A stretch of 43,839 nt of DNA, from positions 1 through 43,839 of the forward strand of contig JAUCBJ010000171.1 of NCBI GenBank assembly GCA_032718475.1, read 5' to 3'. How positions within the stretch are numbered: the first letter of the stretch is position 1; each line of letters starts with the position of its first letter. Source of the DNA: Nemertoderma westbladi. Its lineage: Eukaryota; Animalia; Xenacoelomorpha. Positions 12,831 through 24,880 of the stretch are shown piece by piece. The translations under genes were made by a program, and so were the position numbers. The notes beneath the pieces are model-generated. The model had not been told where the DNA came from. It did no database searches and saw only the letters and a program-made list of their open reading frames with translations.

Positions 12831-13343
12831 TATCTATATTTAGTAAAGATTTACATTTAGAAAGATTTATATTTAGAAAGTGCTATATTTGTAGTCATTC
12901 CAAACTTACGCAATTTATTGTTTCGAATATTATGCAATTTATATTTTATAAAGAAGCAGTATTTGTATTCGCAGTAAATAGAAGGCAAGAGCAGACGGAA
13001 GACTTGTGAGCCTTTCTTGTGATTTATTCCGAACTTATGCAATTTGTTTTATATTTAAGTAGTATTTGTATTTGTGATTGTTTGAATTTATGCAATATTT
13101 GAGATGCAATAGATTTATTTTGGTGAATTTAATTTAGATTTATATTGTACTTACTTAATAAAGCCTTAAATACGTAAAGTTTGAATTTGTAATTATTTTT
13201 GTATCGAATTATTATGTAGAGGTATTATTGTTGAGATTTAATTTGTAAATATGTAAGTACGTCCCAAGTATTCCATAATTTGATTTAGTATTGGTGAAAA
13301 ACGTATATTTTATGCACGATAATATCCTGTTTTCATGGAGCGG

Positions 13344-13975
13344 TATAGAATTATATTCTCATAAATGCCGTGGATTTTCAAAATTTTATTTTGTTCGAAT
13401 TAACTTTGCTATAAAGATTACATTAAGTCCTCATTTGCATTTACCATATCTATTTGTATAACATTGTTCAAGTGGTTCAGTAGCTCAGTCGGTTAAGCGT
13501 TGGAAATTCGTGTAGTAGGTATCGAGTTCGAATCCTAGTAAGTGTGAATTATTTTTTGTGCTGAGTTTCAACTCATTTAAATTAACCGCTACAAATTAAA
13601 TTGCATTTGCTCAAGGTAGATTAACCAATAGGATTGCAGTTATTAGATAGTAACCAATGTCGTGCAAGATACGTGTTCGCTGGACCAATGGTTATCTTTA
13701 AAAACCTATTAGAACTCATAGAACAATCTAGATTTATCTCGATTGATTGCAGCACAAATTTGCTATAAAAGGTGCGATTTTGTTCATTAGTTACCAGATT
13801 ATCACTTATTAGTTATCTATCTCATTAGTTTCTTGTTACGTTTATTGTATATTAGTTTTGTAATAAAAGTTAGAAATACTTGTTACATCTGTTTTTTACT
13901 ATGTTTCACCACGGTGAACCCAACTGAGGGACAGATGGCTGGCTAAACATAGGACCGCGGCGATAGACGGGAACA
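13344..13975 (+). repeat. Putative 3' LTR of element A
   Basis: Follows an imperfect hairpin and GGAGCGG (13337-13343). Contains CCAAT at 13625, 13654 and 13685, TATAAAA 13764-13770, AGTTATC/TCATT initiator-like repeats resembling those in element B's LTR, and AATAAA 13862-13867. Candidate end GGGAACA 13975. It starts TA rather than TG and there is no second copy, so the limits are uncertain. Confidence 0.5.
13474..13557 (+). ncRNA. tRNA-like Pol III unit (pseudo-tRNA or SINE head)
   Basis: A box TAGCTCAGTCGG 13481-13492, B box GAGTTCGAATCC 13524-13535, T6 run 13552-13557. Acceptor and anticodon stems do not pair, so not a functional tRNA. Confidence 0.6.
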
Positions 13976-15205
13976 TCAGAGGAATGTAGGAAGGAGACAA
14001 CCCGCAATATCTATTCTTAAGTTATTCGCCCATCGCCTGAAAGGTTAGACAGCGTTCAATGCCTTGCTACCTAAGTGTAAGACCAAAGATCAAAGGTAGA
14101 GGTAGTGACACGCTGTGCGCTAAAATTACATCTAGGGACCGTACTGTCTTAATTCAGAGAAAAACCCGCAGTAGACCTTCACATTCCTACGGGGGGAGAG
14201 CAGGCAGAAAGATACTAGTACACAGGTGGGACGCAGGCACACCAGTACAAGGCATACACATTGGTAGGGTGCAGCAAACTGTACGCCTAACTCTTGCTAA
14301 GTATAGGTGCGTCGGTGACTGTTTGTAGTACAACGGTGTCCATTGCATTAGAACTTGTAGGCTAGAAGGGTTACTGTGTTTTACCTGAATTAGGATTGTA
14401 CCGTTCAGGCGGTAGGGCAGTTTACCACTAGGCGCAAATAAATTGAGGCTATTTAGGGATACTAACATCTACCGTGTCCCCGCCGACATTCTGTTAGGAA
14501 GTTGCCGTGCCCATCTAGGCAACCAAAATTCTAGATAAGAACGCCAGGCTAGCTATTTGTAACAGTACGCCTACTGTAGTAAACTAACACATTTCTTCTT
14601 AGTATTAGGGACCTGGTAAATTAAATTGCCGAATTCTGGGCGTAGTATTAACCTTATGCCTGAATTTGAGTCCTGGAAATACACAAAAGGGGAAGGAGCC
14701 TTATCATTCGTGAGTATTGGACCTACAAGTTACAAAATTAGAATATTTGTAAAATGTACACCGGACCCAGTAATTATATATGTGAAGGATCAAAACTGAT
14801 TTTGACTGTTAAAATCAATACACGCACGCGTTAGAAATTATTTACACCTCAAAATATATAAAATAATTTTTGTCCGTACTGCGCTTTGCCCACTAGTTAG
14901 ACCTTTCTGCACCTAGCTAGCGTCTCTTTATCCCAACCATATAAATCACACCGCGGCAAAGTATACGAGCGCCCTTAGTCCGTCAGTGAGTCAGCCCGAT
15001 TTTAGGATTCGCTGCGCGGGATTTTGTTTTATCGAAGTTTGTCCGTTCGTAGACTGTTTTCTGCCTCACCGGTTATAAGAGACCGATACTGCAATATATA
15101 TTCGCTTACTTAGAGTTTACTGTTTTGGTGAGAAGGCCGGATTTATGATTTGATTCACAGACTTTACAGTAGGATATTGCAGGTATTAGGTACGTCTCTT
15201 CGAAT

Positions 15206-15940
15206 ATGCATAAACTCAAAGATTAGTTAACTGAGGAATGATTCTTAGTTCAAATACATACTTCTATGCTTCCCACTACTATCACCCTAAAGCATTAATA
15301 ACACTCCTGCCCTCCAGGTTTCATACATTACATTAATACAGTGCACTAATGTAATCGCCATTATAATGGTAAAGTATGGGACAATTTTCAATTGGCCACC
15401 ATGATATTTCTGAGGGAGTAGATTATGAAACTACGGGTAATTGTTTCTTAAGATGAAGCAACACAAACGTGCTTTGCATTCCACTGGGTGATTGGGCTGA
15501 GTTAGATTACTTCTCTGTGTATAAATTAAAATTTCACTATTTTTTGGTAAAGTATGGGACTTTACATGCATAAACCCAAAGATTTCTTGACAGAGGAATG
15601 ATCTCAGATCAAATATAGACTCCTATTCTTACGGCCGACTATGACCTTAGAGTATTATAACACTCATGGCTTCACATATTACATTAATACAGTGCACTAA
15701 TATAATCGCCATTTTGATGGTAAAGTATGGGACAATTTTCAATTGGCCGCCATGATATTTCTGAGGGAGTGAAGATGAAACTAATTGTTTTATACGATGA
15801 CGCAACACAAACGTGCTTTGCATTCCACTGGGTGATTAGGCTGAGTTACATCTCTGTGAATAAACTAAAAATTTCACTATTTTTGGTAAAGTATGGGACA
15901 TCACAAGATTAACTTTATCGATTTCATTACAGAGGAATGA
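15206..15940. repeat. ~360-bp tandem duplication (2 copies plus a trace of a third)
   Basis: ATGCATAAAC(T/C)CAAAGATT at 15206 and 15566; shared TTACATTAATACAGTGCACTAAT, GGTAAAGTATGGGACAATTTTCAATTGGCC and GCAACACAAACGTGCTTTGCATTCCACTGGGTGATT. Confidence 0.9.
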
Positions 15941-17307
15941 AACACTGGTGAAATTAAATAAAACCTAAAAAATTCGAAAATGGGTTTGTTTTTGATTTGG
16001 TACATGCTCAGAAATGTTAATTTATTGGTCATAGAAAGTGCCTACAGGAAACGAAACTTTTGCACACTTTTATTCACATTTTGTGCAGAGCAGGTGCATA
16101 ATTTGTAATTCGACTATTTTTGATAAACCACCTGTGTTGATACAATTTTTAGCACTGAATTCAGGAAGTACGATAAATTTTGACCTAAAATAAGTATAAA
16201 TTCAAAGCTACATCTCAATTTTAGAAATTAGTGGGGAGGTTGACCTTTTCATGGAATGAGCCATTAATGATATCCCTACGCTAAGGCTCACCTTACTTCG
16301 TGGCTCGCCCCACAATGGTAGTTATTTAATTTATTTATATCAATATCTGATTTTATTATAAAGAACTATTTAATTAAAATTAATTTAAAAAATGGAGATT
16401 TTTCATCTGTATACCAATGATATACAATTAGTAGTAGTATACTGTAGGAGTAAATAATTAATTTGATGCAAGTGCTATATGAAGAATGGCCAAATAAGTA
16501 ATCCCAAACTCAACTCAAACTCACACTAACCAGACATTGTATGGGTGTAGTTATGTTATATGTATAGTTGTATATGTGTAGTTATACTTAGCCTATTGGT
16601 TACCATAGTTACCTTAGTCACTCTCATATAAATACATAAGTAATTAATTATATACTTAATTATTTATATCGCACGCGATGCGACTTCACATTTCCTCCAT
16701 TGATTGATTGAGGTGAGAAAATCTGAACGGCCTGTTTCCCCTAGATCGTAGGTATTCTTATGACGATTAAATGGAAGAACCGGAGTACCACGATCAGGAA
16801 AATCGTAAAAACCTTTGAAATGGTTGAGCCTCTCGCAGTCTCGAGAGATTCTTCCCCATTTGTTATTATTTACTATTTTTTTATTATTAGGGCCTACATT
16901 ATTATTTGTTCGTTGTTAAGGAATCTCATCAGAAACTGTTCCTCGGTAGCGATGTATGGCCGGGATATGCCGACTCCATAAGCGCAGGAGTGATATTGCC
17001 TCTTGCAACAAATAGGTGCTGCACAGATCCCTCTTATACTGTATTATAAATACTGTGTTGAAATAATTTTATGTATTGTTTTTATATTTATATTTTTTTA
17101 TTGTTTATAATAATCTAATCAAGGAAAAGTTAAATTTTAAGATTTTTAAACAACAATTATTTTTAGTTCGTATATAATTTATCCAGTTGTTTTACGTATT
17201 TTTTTCCTCTTTCGTCATGGAATCTGATTCACATTTCACATTCAGACATTCCACTTTTCGTATGTTCTACAACTGAGCTTCTTAAATTCTATAGATGTGA
17301 GGTATTT

Positions 17308-17531
17308 AGCGGGTGTAAACACTAAGCCGACAAATGACACCTGATAACCACTGCCGACAACGACAAATACGAAACAGTAGCCTATAATAATGGCACTCGT
17401 TTATTGTTTTGGTAAGAACAGCATTCCATTGTAACCTGTTCCATTACCTTAATTGATAATTAACAATAATTTGTTTCAATAATGATGGTCGGTTTTGATT
17501 GTCGGTTGTCGGCGTAGCGTTTACAACTGTA
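17308..17531. mobile_element. Small MITE-like element with imperfect terminal inverted repeats
   Basis: TGTAAACACTAAGCCGACAA (17314-17333) vs TTGTCGGCGTAGCGTTTACA (17506-17525): 18/20 inverted match; internal CCGACAA/TTGTCGG subrepeats. Confidence 0.5.
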
Positions 17532-17547
17532 TTTAGCTTGAAGTTAG

Positions 17548-18106
17548 TGTTAGCTTATTCAATTCCGCTAACACAAACCCATAAAGTAAGCCGTTAAGCA
17601 ATATTGGGGGCCACGAGGTTGATTACCCAATCTCGTGCCACCCCAATAAAATGGGAAGGAGAAACACACAATAAGGGTCAGGGGCCACACCCCTGACCGA
17701 GAGAGAATAGTAGGAGTGAAGGGAAACACTCCAAAGGGCGCCAACAGAGACATTAGCCAATGGGAGGGAGGCACCGGCTAGGTAGAGTAACAAGGCCATC
17801 CCGTGCAATATAACCAGTTTACAGTAATCAGTTATCTCAGTTATCTCATTGTGTTGGTCGGTTTAGCTAGGGTAGAACCGGTACTTCAATTACCGTCGTC
17901 GTACCTACCGTATCTGAGACTTCATCATTGTATATTCCAGTTACCTCATTTATACCATTATCTATTGAACTTATGCAACTATACTATTATACCTGAGAAC
18001 TTTGTACAGCGAACAATAACTCTTTACCTTTTACACACACACGGCGGGGACGCGACGCGTGAATCGAAAACCGGATAAACCGGGATCCTCTCTGGATCCC
18101 GTCACA
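17548..18106 (+). repeat. 5' LTR of element B
   Basis: TGTTAGC...CGTCACA; matches 31112-31670 except at 17567, 17785, 17799 and 17993. CCAAT 17757, TATAA 17809, TCAGTT 17828 and 17837, 8-bp hairpin CGGGATCC/GGATCCCG 18081-18101. Confidence 0.98.
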
Positions 18107-18417
18107 GTAATTGAAACCTAGCAGCTACCCTAATAGTAATTGAAGTCTAGAACTCCAACCATACCGATCTAAAGAGGAGATGAGTGACGTAACGCCAACG
18201 CGGACCCCGGAGGAAGAACCAACGATCTGCGAGGCCGTAACCAGACGGTATAGGCCCACGACGCCGGACCCATCGGTAATGGGTCATCCGGCAGATCAGG
18301 ATGAAGGGGGCCGTCTGGAGCCAGAGATCGAGCCGAGAGGAGCGGGAGCCGAGTTGGGAGAAGGAGAGGGCGAGAGGGACGGAGAAGAAGACGAGTCGAC
18401 ACGGAACGAGGGTCGAC

Positions 18418-18639
18418 GTACCGATGTCGCCGGCCAGCCACAGGCCGAGGGCGACGAACGGCCCACCGAAACGGCGACGGTGGGGCCGACGGTATGATGC
18501 CGGACCCGGAGAGATGGGGGAGATGTCGGTACCGATGTTGCCGGCCAGCCACAGGCCGAGGGCGACGAACGGCCCACCGGAACGGCGACAGTGGGGCCGC
18601 CGGTACGACGTCGGACCCGGAGAGACGGAGGAGAGGTCG
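18418..18639 (+). repeat. 111-bp (37-codon) tandem duplication in gag
   Basis: GTACCGATGT(C/T)GCCGGCCAGCCACAGGCCGAGGGCGACGAACGG at 18418 and 18529. Confidence 0.95.
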
Positions 18640-19298
18640 GCAACGAGGACGTCGGGGTTTCTGATCGACTTCGACGGGCCTACAACGCGACCCGGAAGCT
18701 ACTCAAGGAGGCCAAGGAGGGGGCGAAGATAGATGAGGTAAAGTTAACAACAGGACTAGGTGAGTCGGATAGACATTTTAATTATCTAATGCGCTTTGGG
18801 CAGAGAGAACTGGCCAAGGAGAGAGCGAGAGGGGTTGCAGAGGAACTGTGTGATTTATGGCGGTGTAGGGGTATGCAACCTATTGCAGTGTACGTAGGGC
18901 CATACTTAGCCGATGCCCGGGGTATAAAATTTGTGGGTTGGAGGAGACCTGAGGAGGGTGAATCCGAGGTTGACCCCGAGGATTCGGTCTCGTCGGTTGG
19001 AAGGAATTCCAGTTCCGGGAGGCGGGGGAAAGTTAGTAGATCGGGAGGGCGGAGGGAATCCGTCACAACCGATAAGTCTGCTACATCCTCCGTAAAAGAA
19101 AGACGGGTGAGAGAGATATATGCCGCGTACCATTTCGACCTGATAGCGCAAGGTCAGAGAGAAATAAATAGACGGTTTGAGGAGGGGAGAATGCTGCTGG
19201 ACAAGGAAATGGAACTGATTAGAGAAACCGGAGAGAGGGCCGAAAGGGCCGCGAAAAGCCTTAGGGACTGTGAGGAAATAGGGAGGAAGGAGCAAGAG

Positions 19299-19497
19299 GA
19301 GCGTGAGGCGAGAGAGCAGAGCGAACGCAAGGAGCGTGAGGCGAGAGAGCAGAGCGAACGCAAGGAGCGTGAGGCGAGAGAGGAAAGCGAACGCAAAGAG
19401 CGTGAGGCGGAACGTAAGGAACGTGAGGCGAGAGAGAAAAGTGAACGCAAAGAGCGTGAGACGAGGGAGGAAAGTGAATGCAAAGAGCGTGAGGCGA
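19299..19497 (+). repeat. 33-bp repeats encoding a charged coiled coil (EREAREQSERK)n
   Basis: GAGCGTGAGGCGAGAGAGCAGAGCGAACGCAAG, about 6 copies. Confidence 0.9.
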
Positions 19498-20157
19498 GGC
19501 GAAGGGAGGGAGCTAGGAGAGAGGCGGAATTGGCCAACCAGAACGCACGGGAGTGTCGGGAGAGAATAGCAAGAGAGAAGCTTGAGCGGAAAGAATTGGA
19601 AAAACGCCAAAAGTGAGCTTATAGAGTACAAAGCTAGACACACGTGCTAACTAGAACTGGCGCGGGTAGGGGCATCTGAGAGCGGGACTGGCTCGAATAT
19701 TTTCGAGGAGCCAAGGGCCGTGGATACATTTATTAATACCCCACTTACAGGGACCGCACGACAGACACGAAACTGTTGTGACCATACGGGCGGGGGGGGG
19801 GGGGGGGGTAATAATAATAATACAGTAGACGACGTTATTATTAATAGTACCGTATTAGATAACCCTAACCAAGCCTTTATTGCAGGAAATACTTTACCTA
19901 GTAGCAGTAATTTAAATTTAAATACAAATAATAATTTCAATTTAAACGTGCAAAATAATCCGAATAATAATTTAAATTTAGAAAATAATAATAATTCAAA
20001 TAATTTAAATAATGATCCAAGCCCGAATTTACAAAATAATTTAAATAGTGTAGTCGCGCAAAATAATCCAAATGATTCTGTTTCGAACGAACAAAATAAT
20101 TCCGTTTCTAATATAGGTGCTATTAACGCGAACTCGTCGGACGTGTATAGCCTGACA

Positions 20158-20337
20158 GACGGCGGCCTGGTAGGCCACGTAGTTGGTAGGTAGGAGGTGG
20201 TGGGGTTGAGTCGACCCGACGGCGGCCTGGTAGGCCACGTAGTTAGTAGGCAAGAGGTGGCGGGGTTGAGTCGAGCCGACGGCGGCCTGGTAGGCCATGT
20301 AGTTAGTAGGCAGGGGGTGGCGGGGTTGAGCCAACCC
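20158..20337 (+). repeat. 60-bp x3 repeat in gag (DGGLVGHVVSRQEVAGLSRP)
   Basis: GACGGCGGCCTGGTAGGCCA at 20158, 20218 and 20278. Confidence 0.95.
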
Positions 20338-22644
20338 GGAGTAGGCCCGATCGGCCAAGTACTAGTGGAGGGAGAGGCAGGGGTAAGTGAACCCAGCCGC
20401 AGTGAAAATGTTGTGTCGACTGGAGAGGGGTGTAGAAGAGAAGTAAGAGGTAGCGGTAAAATATGTGGCGAAAGGGGGGGGGGGCTACAGGAGCCCCACA
20501 ACGAGAAGTTGGTGGCGAGAGGGGGGGGGGGGGCAGAGAGTGTCCCACAGGCGTCGGCGGATAATGCGCGGGCCGAATCAGGTAAACCGCAACACCCGGC
20601 GACGGAGAGTAATAGGGGGATTGCGAGTATCCCCAGCGGCGTGCGATCGACCAGAGAGAGGCAGGTTGACGTCGCGAGAGGGCAGACGAAGCGTCGAGCC
20701 CGATCAGAAGAGGGAAGAAGAACAGTGGGGTTTAACCGGGAGGTCGACGAGAGATCTCAAGAGCGGGAATACTGCACTGAAGGGAGAAGAAGAGAAGACA
20801 GCAGAAGAAGTATTGCCGCGAACGACAGGAGAGTGAGGACGGATAGTGAGCCGTTGGTAGTCGAGATGGAAAGAGAGAGTCGGTGGGGTCGAACTTCGGG
20901 AGATTGCCGTCGTCCCGGAGAGACGCGACCTGACGAGACGCGTTACGCGTCGAGAGAGGGGTACACGATGTACCGGCACGAAGACGAGAATAGTAGAGGG
21001 GGTCGAAGAGAAACTTTCCGACGGGATATACCTACAGATCGAGAGTACGGTAGCTGCGGGGAGGATTATTCGAGAAGAATAAACTTCGATCCCGAGCAAT
21101 ACATACAGACTGTAGGACATACTATAGGCCTTACTGCACATACCATAGGCCATGCTGACAGAAATAATGTAGGCGATAGGATAGCGCGGACAACGGAATT
21201 AAACCCGGAAGTCGCGGAGTACATACCGGCAGGTAGGCCAGAAACTGATAGGCCTATACCGGTACCAGTACAGCAGTATGACTACAGCATGCAAGGACAT
21301 AACATATACCCAGGGGAGGGGGGAATTATTGCGGATAGATGCATGGGCCCCAATATATTAACATCAACCCCAGTACCAAACATACCGGTGGGGGGGGGGG
21401 GGGGACAGGGTGACATTCCCCCATCGCAATATCAACAATATACCCCGATAGGAGCAAGAACAACGAGACCCTTGGATGGAAATAGGTCATGTGACACAGA
21501 AATATGGAGGGGGCCGCTACCCCCAATGATATACCCAAGCCAAAGAAAGGCAGGAAATATGACGGGCGGACCACACCCAACAGGATAAATTATACAACAT
21601 CCATCGAATCCATTGGAAGCGCAGGCGATGGGGATGACCACGTTGATCGATGCATTAAAAACAAGGATCGAATTACCACCCGTGGAACCATTCAAATTCG
21701 ATGGGAGTAGGCCGGAAGAATATCTCCAGTTTCGGCGTATGTATAGTAACGAAATACTAACAAAGAACTTGACACAGGCGGAGTGCCTAAAGTATCTGCA
21801 AGTATACACAGGAGGCCCAGCATACGACATCGTGAGGCAATATCAGGGCATAGAGGGCGGTTTCACGACGGCATGGCGGGCACTGGACAGGGAATACGGG
21901 CACCCGGCCAAGATCATCAGGCAGACCCTGAGAGGCATAACATCGGGTGGCCTACAGGATAATCCCGTTAGCATTAAGACATTCGCGAACAAGGTCGAGA
22001 AGGCGCTAATCGTGTTAAAGACGCTAGACGCGCCATATGAACTCAACGCGTCCAACAACATCACCACGATAGCGCAGGCACTACCGATGTGGTTGCGCAA
22101 CAAGTGGAGGAAAATCGCTTTCTCCACTCGAGATAGGAAGGGTGCGGAACCGGGTTTAGAAGAAATGTCAAGCTTCTTAAACTACGAAGCTGAACTAATA
22201 ACCGACCCAGTCTATAGCGAAGATAGCCTGGGAAAGGGACCGAAGACGGATTACCATAGACCGAAACCAGAGCACAATATGTCAAACGCATTACCGAAGC
22301 TCAGGCAATCACTGCCATATGCAGCAACGCAGGGGACTGCAAGTCCACAGGTAGCCGAAGGAAAGACCACACCATGGAATGGACAGGGGAATAACAACAA
22401 CACGAACAAATATAATCCCAGTACGTCCAGTAGGCCGAACCCAAACAATAAGAATAGTAGGGACTTTGGTACAAACGCAGCTGCGATACGCAATGCACTG
22501 TACAAGGACGGCTACGACCCAAAGAGCAAATGCCAGCTACATACAAATGCGCTTCATCAAACCATGAACTGCAGGTACTGGCAAGCGCTACCCAGGGAAG
22601 ATCAGGTAGAATACGCGGCGAGGAATGAGATCTGCTCATGATGT

Positions 22645-24880
22645 GTGATGAGCGGACATAGAGCTAGGCAATGCAAGGAGACGCCGGTCAAGTTCGGTCA
22701 AAGGAAAGGCCAAACGATAGCAACGAGCACAGTAGGGGCGAGGAAGAGAGGAACGGTGCTACTTGGGGTAGTGCCTATGCGAGTGATTGGAGAAGGCAAT
22801 CGATCAGTAACAACACTAATGCTGGTCGATAGTGGAGCTGCCTTCACACTAGTCGAGGATTGGGTGGCCGAAGAAATAGGATTGAGAACGAGGCCAAGTA
22901 GAATGGCGGTAACAACCATCTCCAGTAAAGATGAGGTCCTGGAGATGAGAACCGGACGGTGCACCATCGCAGCAATAGCACCAGGATGCGATTATGGGGC
23001 GAGCATCGACCCCATCCAAGTGATAGAGTCAATAAACATCAATGCCAGACGGCCAACCAACATCGAGGTCGAACAATATAAATTGCTGGATGATAATCGA
23101 CTTCTCAATCCCAGAGGCGGACGTTAGGAAGGTATCCATCATAGTAGGAATGGACTGCCCAACGGCCCACGAAAGAATGCAAACGGTCTTCGGCGAAGAC
23201 AAGCAGTGTGACCCGGTGGCGATACTGACACCATTCGGGTGGACGCTGAGTGGCCCAATCAAGAGTAAAATACCATTTAGGATGTCGGAGACATCAGGAT
23301 GCATGTTCGCGGGAACTATGCAGGAAATGGGTGACGAGAGAGCAGAGGAGCAGCTTAAGAGACTGCTCAGACAGGATTTTGAAGGATTAAAGGAGATCGG
23401 GGTCGGGACCTCGGTAGAAGACAAGCAGGCTCTACAGAGCGTAGAGGAGTCTATGAGGTGTGATGAGGGGCGGTATACCATAGGGATGGTATGGAAGCTA
23501 CCAAAGCTACCGCTATCCGATAATAGAGGGATGGTACTCACGAGGCTTCGTAAGTTGAAGCAGACACTAAAACGGAGCCCCGAGAAGAATGAGTACATCC
23601 ACAGAACGATTAAGAAGTACGTCGAGAAAGGATGGGCCGTGGAGTTACCGGTCGACGAACCAAACACAGATAGGACGTATTACCTACCACTCCACGTGGC
23701 TTTAGACCTGAAGAAAGGTAAACTGCGGATGGTAGTTGACGCATCGGCAAAGACCAACGGAAAATGCTTAAACGACTATCTACTAGAAGGTCCGAACATA
23801 TACAACTCAGGGATAGAGGTCCTACTTAGATTTAGAGATGGGAAACACGCCTTCACGTGTGACATAGAAGGCATGTTCAACCAAGTCCGTGTAGCGGAGG
23901 AAGATAGCGACAGTCAACGCTTCTTATGGTACAACGGAGACGAAGAACCGTCGATAATACCGACGCACAAGATGGTAGTACAGAACATGGGAGCCAAGTC
24001 GTCTTCATTTACGACGACTATGGCAGTAAGAGATACAGTGAAGGGGAAGGAGGATAGATACAGCACTAGGGCCGTCGATATGATTCGAAGCGGCTTCTAC
24101 GTAGACGACGGAATGGAGTCTGGAAATACGGTTAAGGAGATACTGGACACAGGGCGCGAGGTTCACGACATCCTGAAAGGATCCGGCTTTAACCTGACCA
24201 AATTCCAATCCAGTTCGGAGGAATTTATCAAGGCGATAGGGGACGAGAGACCAGAATCGACTATGGATAATCCCACAACAGCCAAAGGGCAGGACATGGC
24301 AAACAAGAGGACAGAGTCTCAACAGAAGGCACTGGGAATCGTGTGGGACAGAGAGACAGATGAACTGAAGTACCAGCTGAGCCAGGAGGGCACAGACGTC
24401 CACACAAAGAGAGGCTATGTGTCATACATAGCAAGAATATACGATCCCCTAGGTCTAGCATCCCCACTATTAGTCACGGGGAAACAGATACTCAAGAGAG
24501 TATACAAACTGAAGGATGAGTGGGACGTAGAGGTACCAGAGGAGATCAAGAAACAGTGGTGTAAGTGGACAGAAGATTTAGAGAAGATGGGAACATACAA
24601 CATAGCGCGAGTGTATTTTCCGGATGGGAACATGACGAATCTGGACCTACACATGTTCTCCGATGCGTCGTTGGAGGCATACGGAGTGGCACTCTATTTA
24701 GTACAACGAGAGGGGGCTCACAAGCCCAGACTGGCCTTTAGCAAAGCAAAGTCAACGCCGCCAGATTCAGCATCATTTCCCAAACTAGAATTGACAGCTG
24801 CCAGACTAGGAGTTAGGGCCACAGCCTACCTAGTGGATACTATTCCCAACATACACACTACTGGACGGATTCCATGGTAG
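22645..24880 (+). pseudogene. pol: Element B pol: protease, reverse transcriptase, RNase H
   Basis: LMLVDSGAAFTLV, IIVGMD, LTPFGWTLSGP, YYLPLH, KLRMVVDAS, DIEGMFNQV, FYVDDGM, YDPLGLASP, LHMFSDAS, PKLELTAA. Frameshifts near 23090 and near 24860 (HYWTDS continues in the next frame). Confidence 0.95.

Larger units (their letters stand above)
2036..13975 (+). mobile_element. BEL/Pao LTR retrotransposon, element A (5'-truncated or interrupted, decayed, with extra exonuclease ORF)
   Basis: Order gag C-terminus, 3 Cys/His knuckles, protease, RT, RNase H, integrase with Pao-type motifs, then extra ORF, AT-rich 3' region, PPT-like motif and LTR-like promoter block. Both boundaries are approximate; no 5' LTR in the window. 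Confidence 0.9.
18180..22680 (+). pseudogene. gag: Element B gag with very long low-complexity N-terminus
   Basis: ATG 18180. Pao gag core LPPVEPFKFDGSRPEEYL...LKYLQVYTGGPAYDIV...AWRALDREYG. Knuckles CQLH....H....C and CS*CVMSGHRARQC. Stops at 18495, 19648, 20191, 21586 and 22639; frameshift near 19610. Confidence 0.88.

Noticed and set aside
13474-13545. Functional tRNA gene
   Set aside because: Acceptor and anticodon stems do not pair.
13934-13955. PBS-like GA-TGGCTGGCTAAAC after GGGACA
   Set aside because: Does not resemble the complement of a tRNA 3' end I recognise.
17568-18078. Short ORFs duplicated at 31132-31642
   Set aside because: They lie within the LTRs; identity reflects LTR duplication.
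18906-20501. Long antisense ORFs (also 29046-29991)
   Set aside because: Shadows of repetitive or purine-rich sense coding sequence with no domain motifs.
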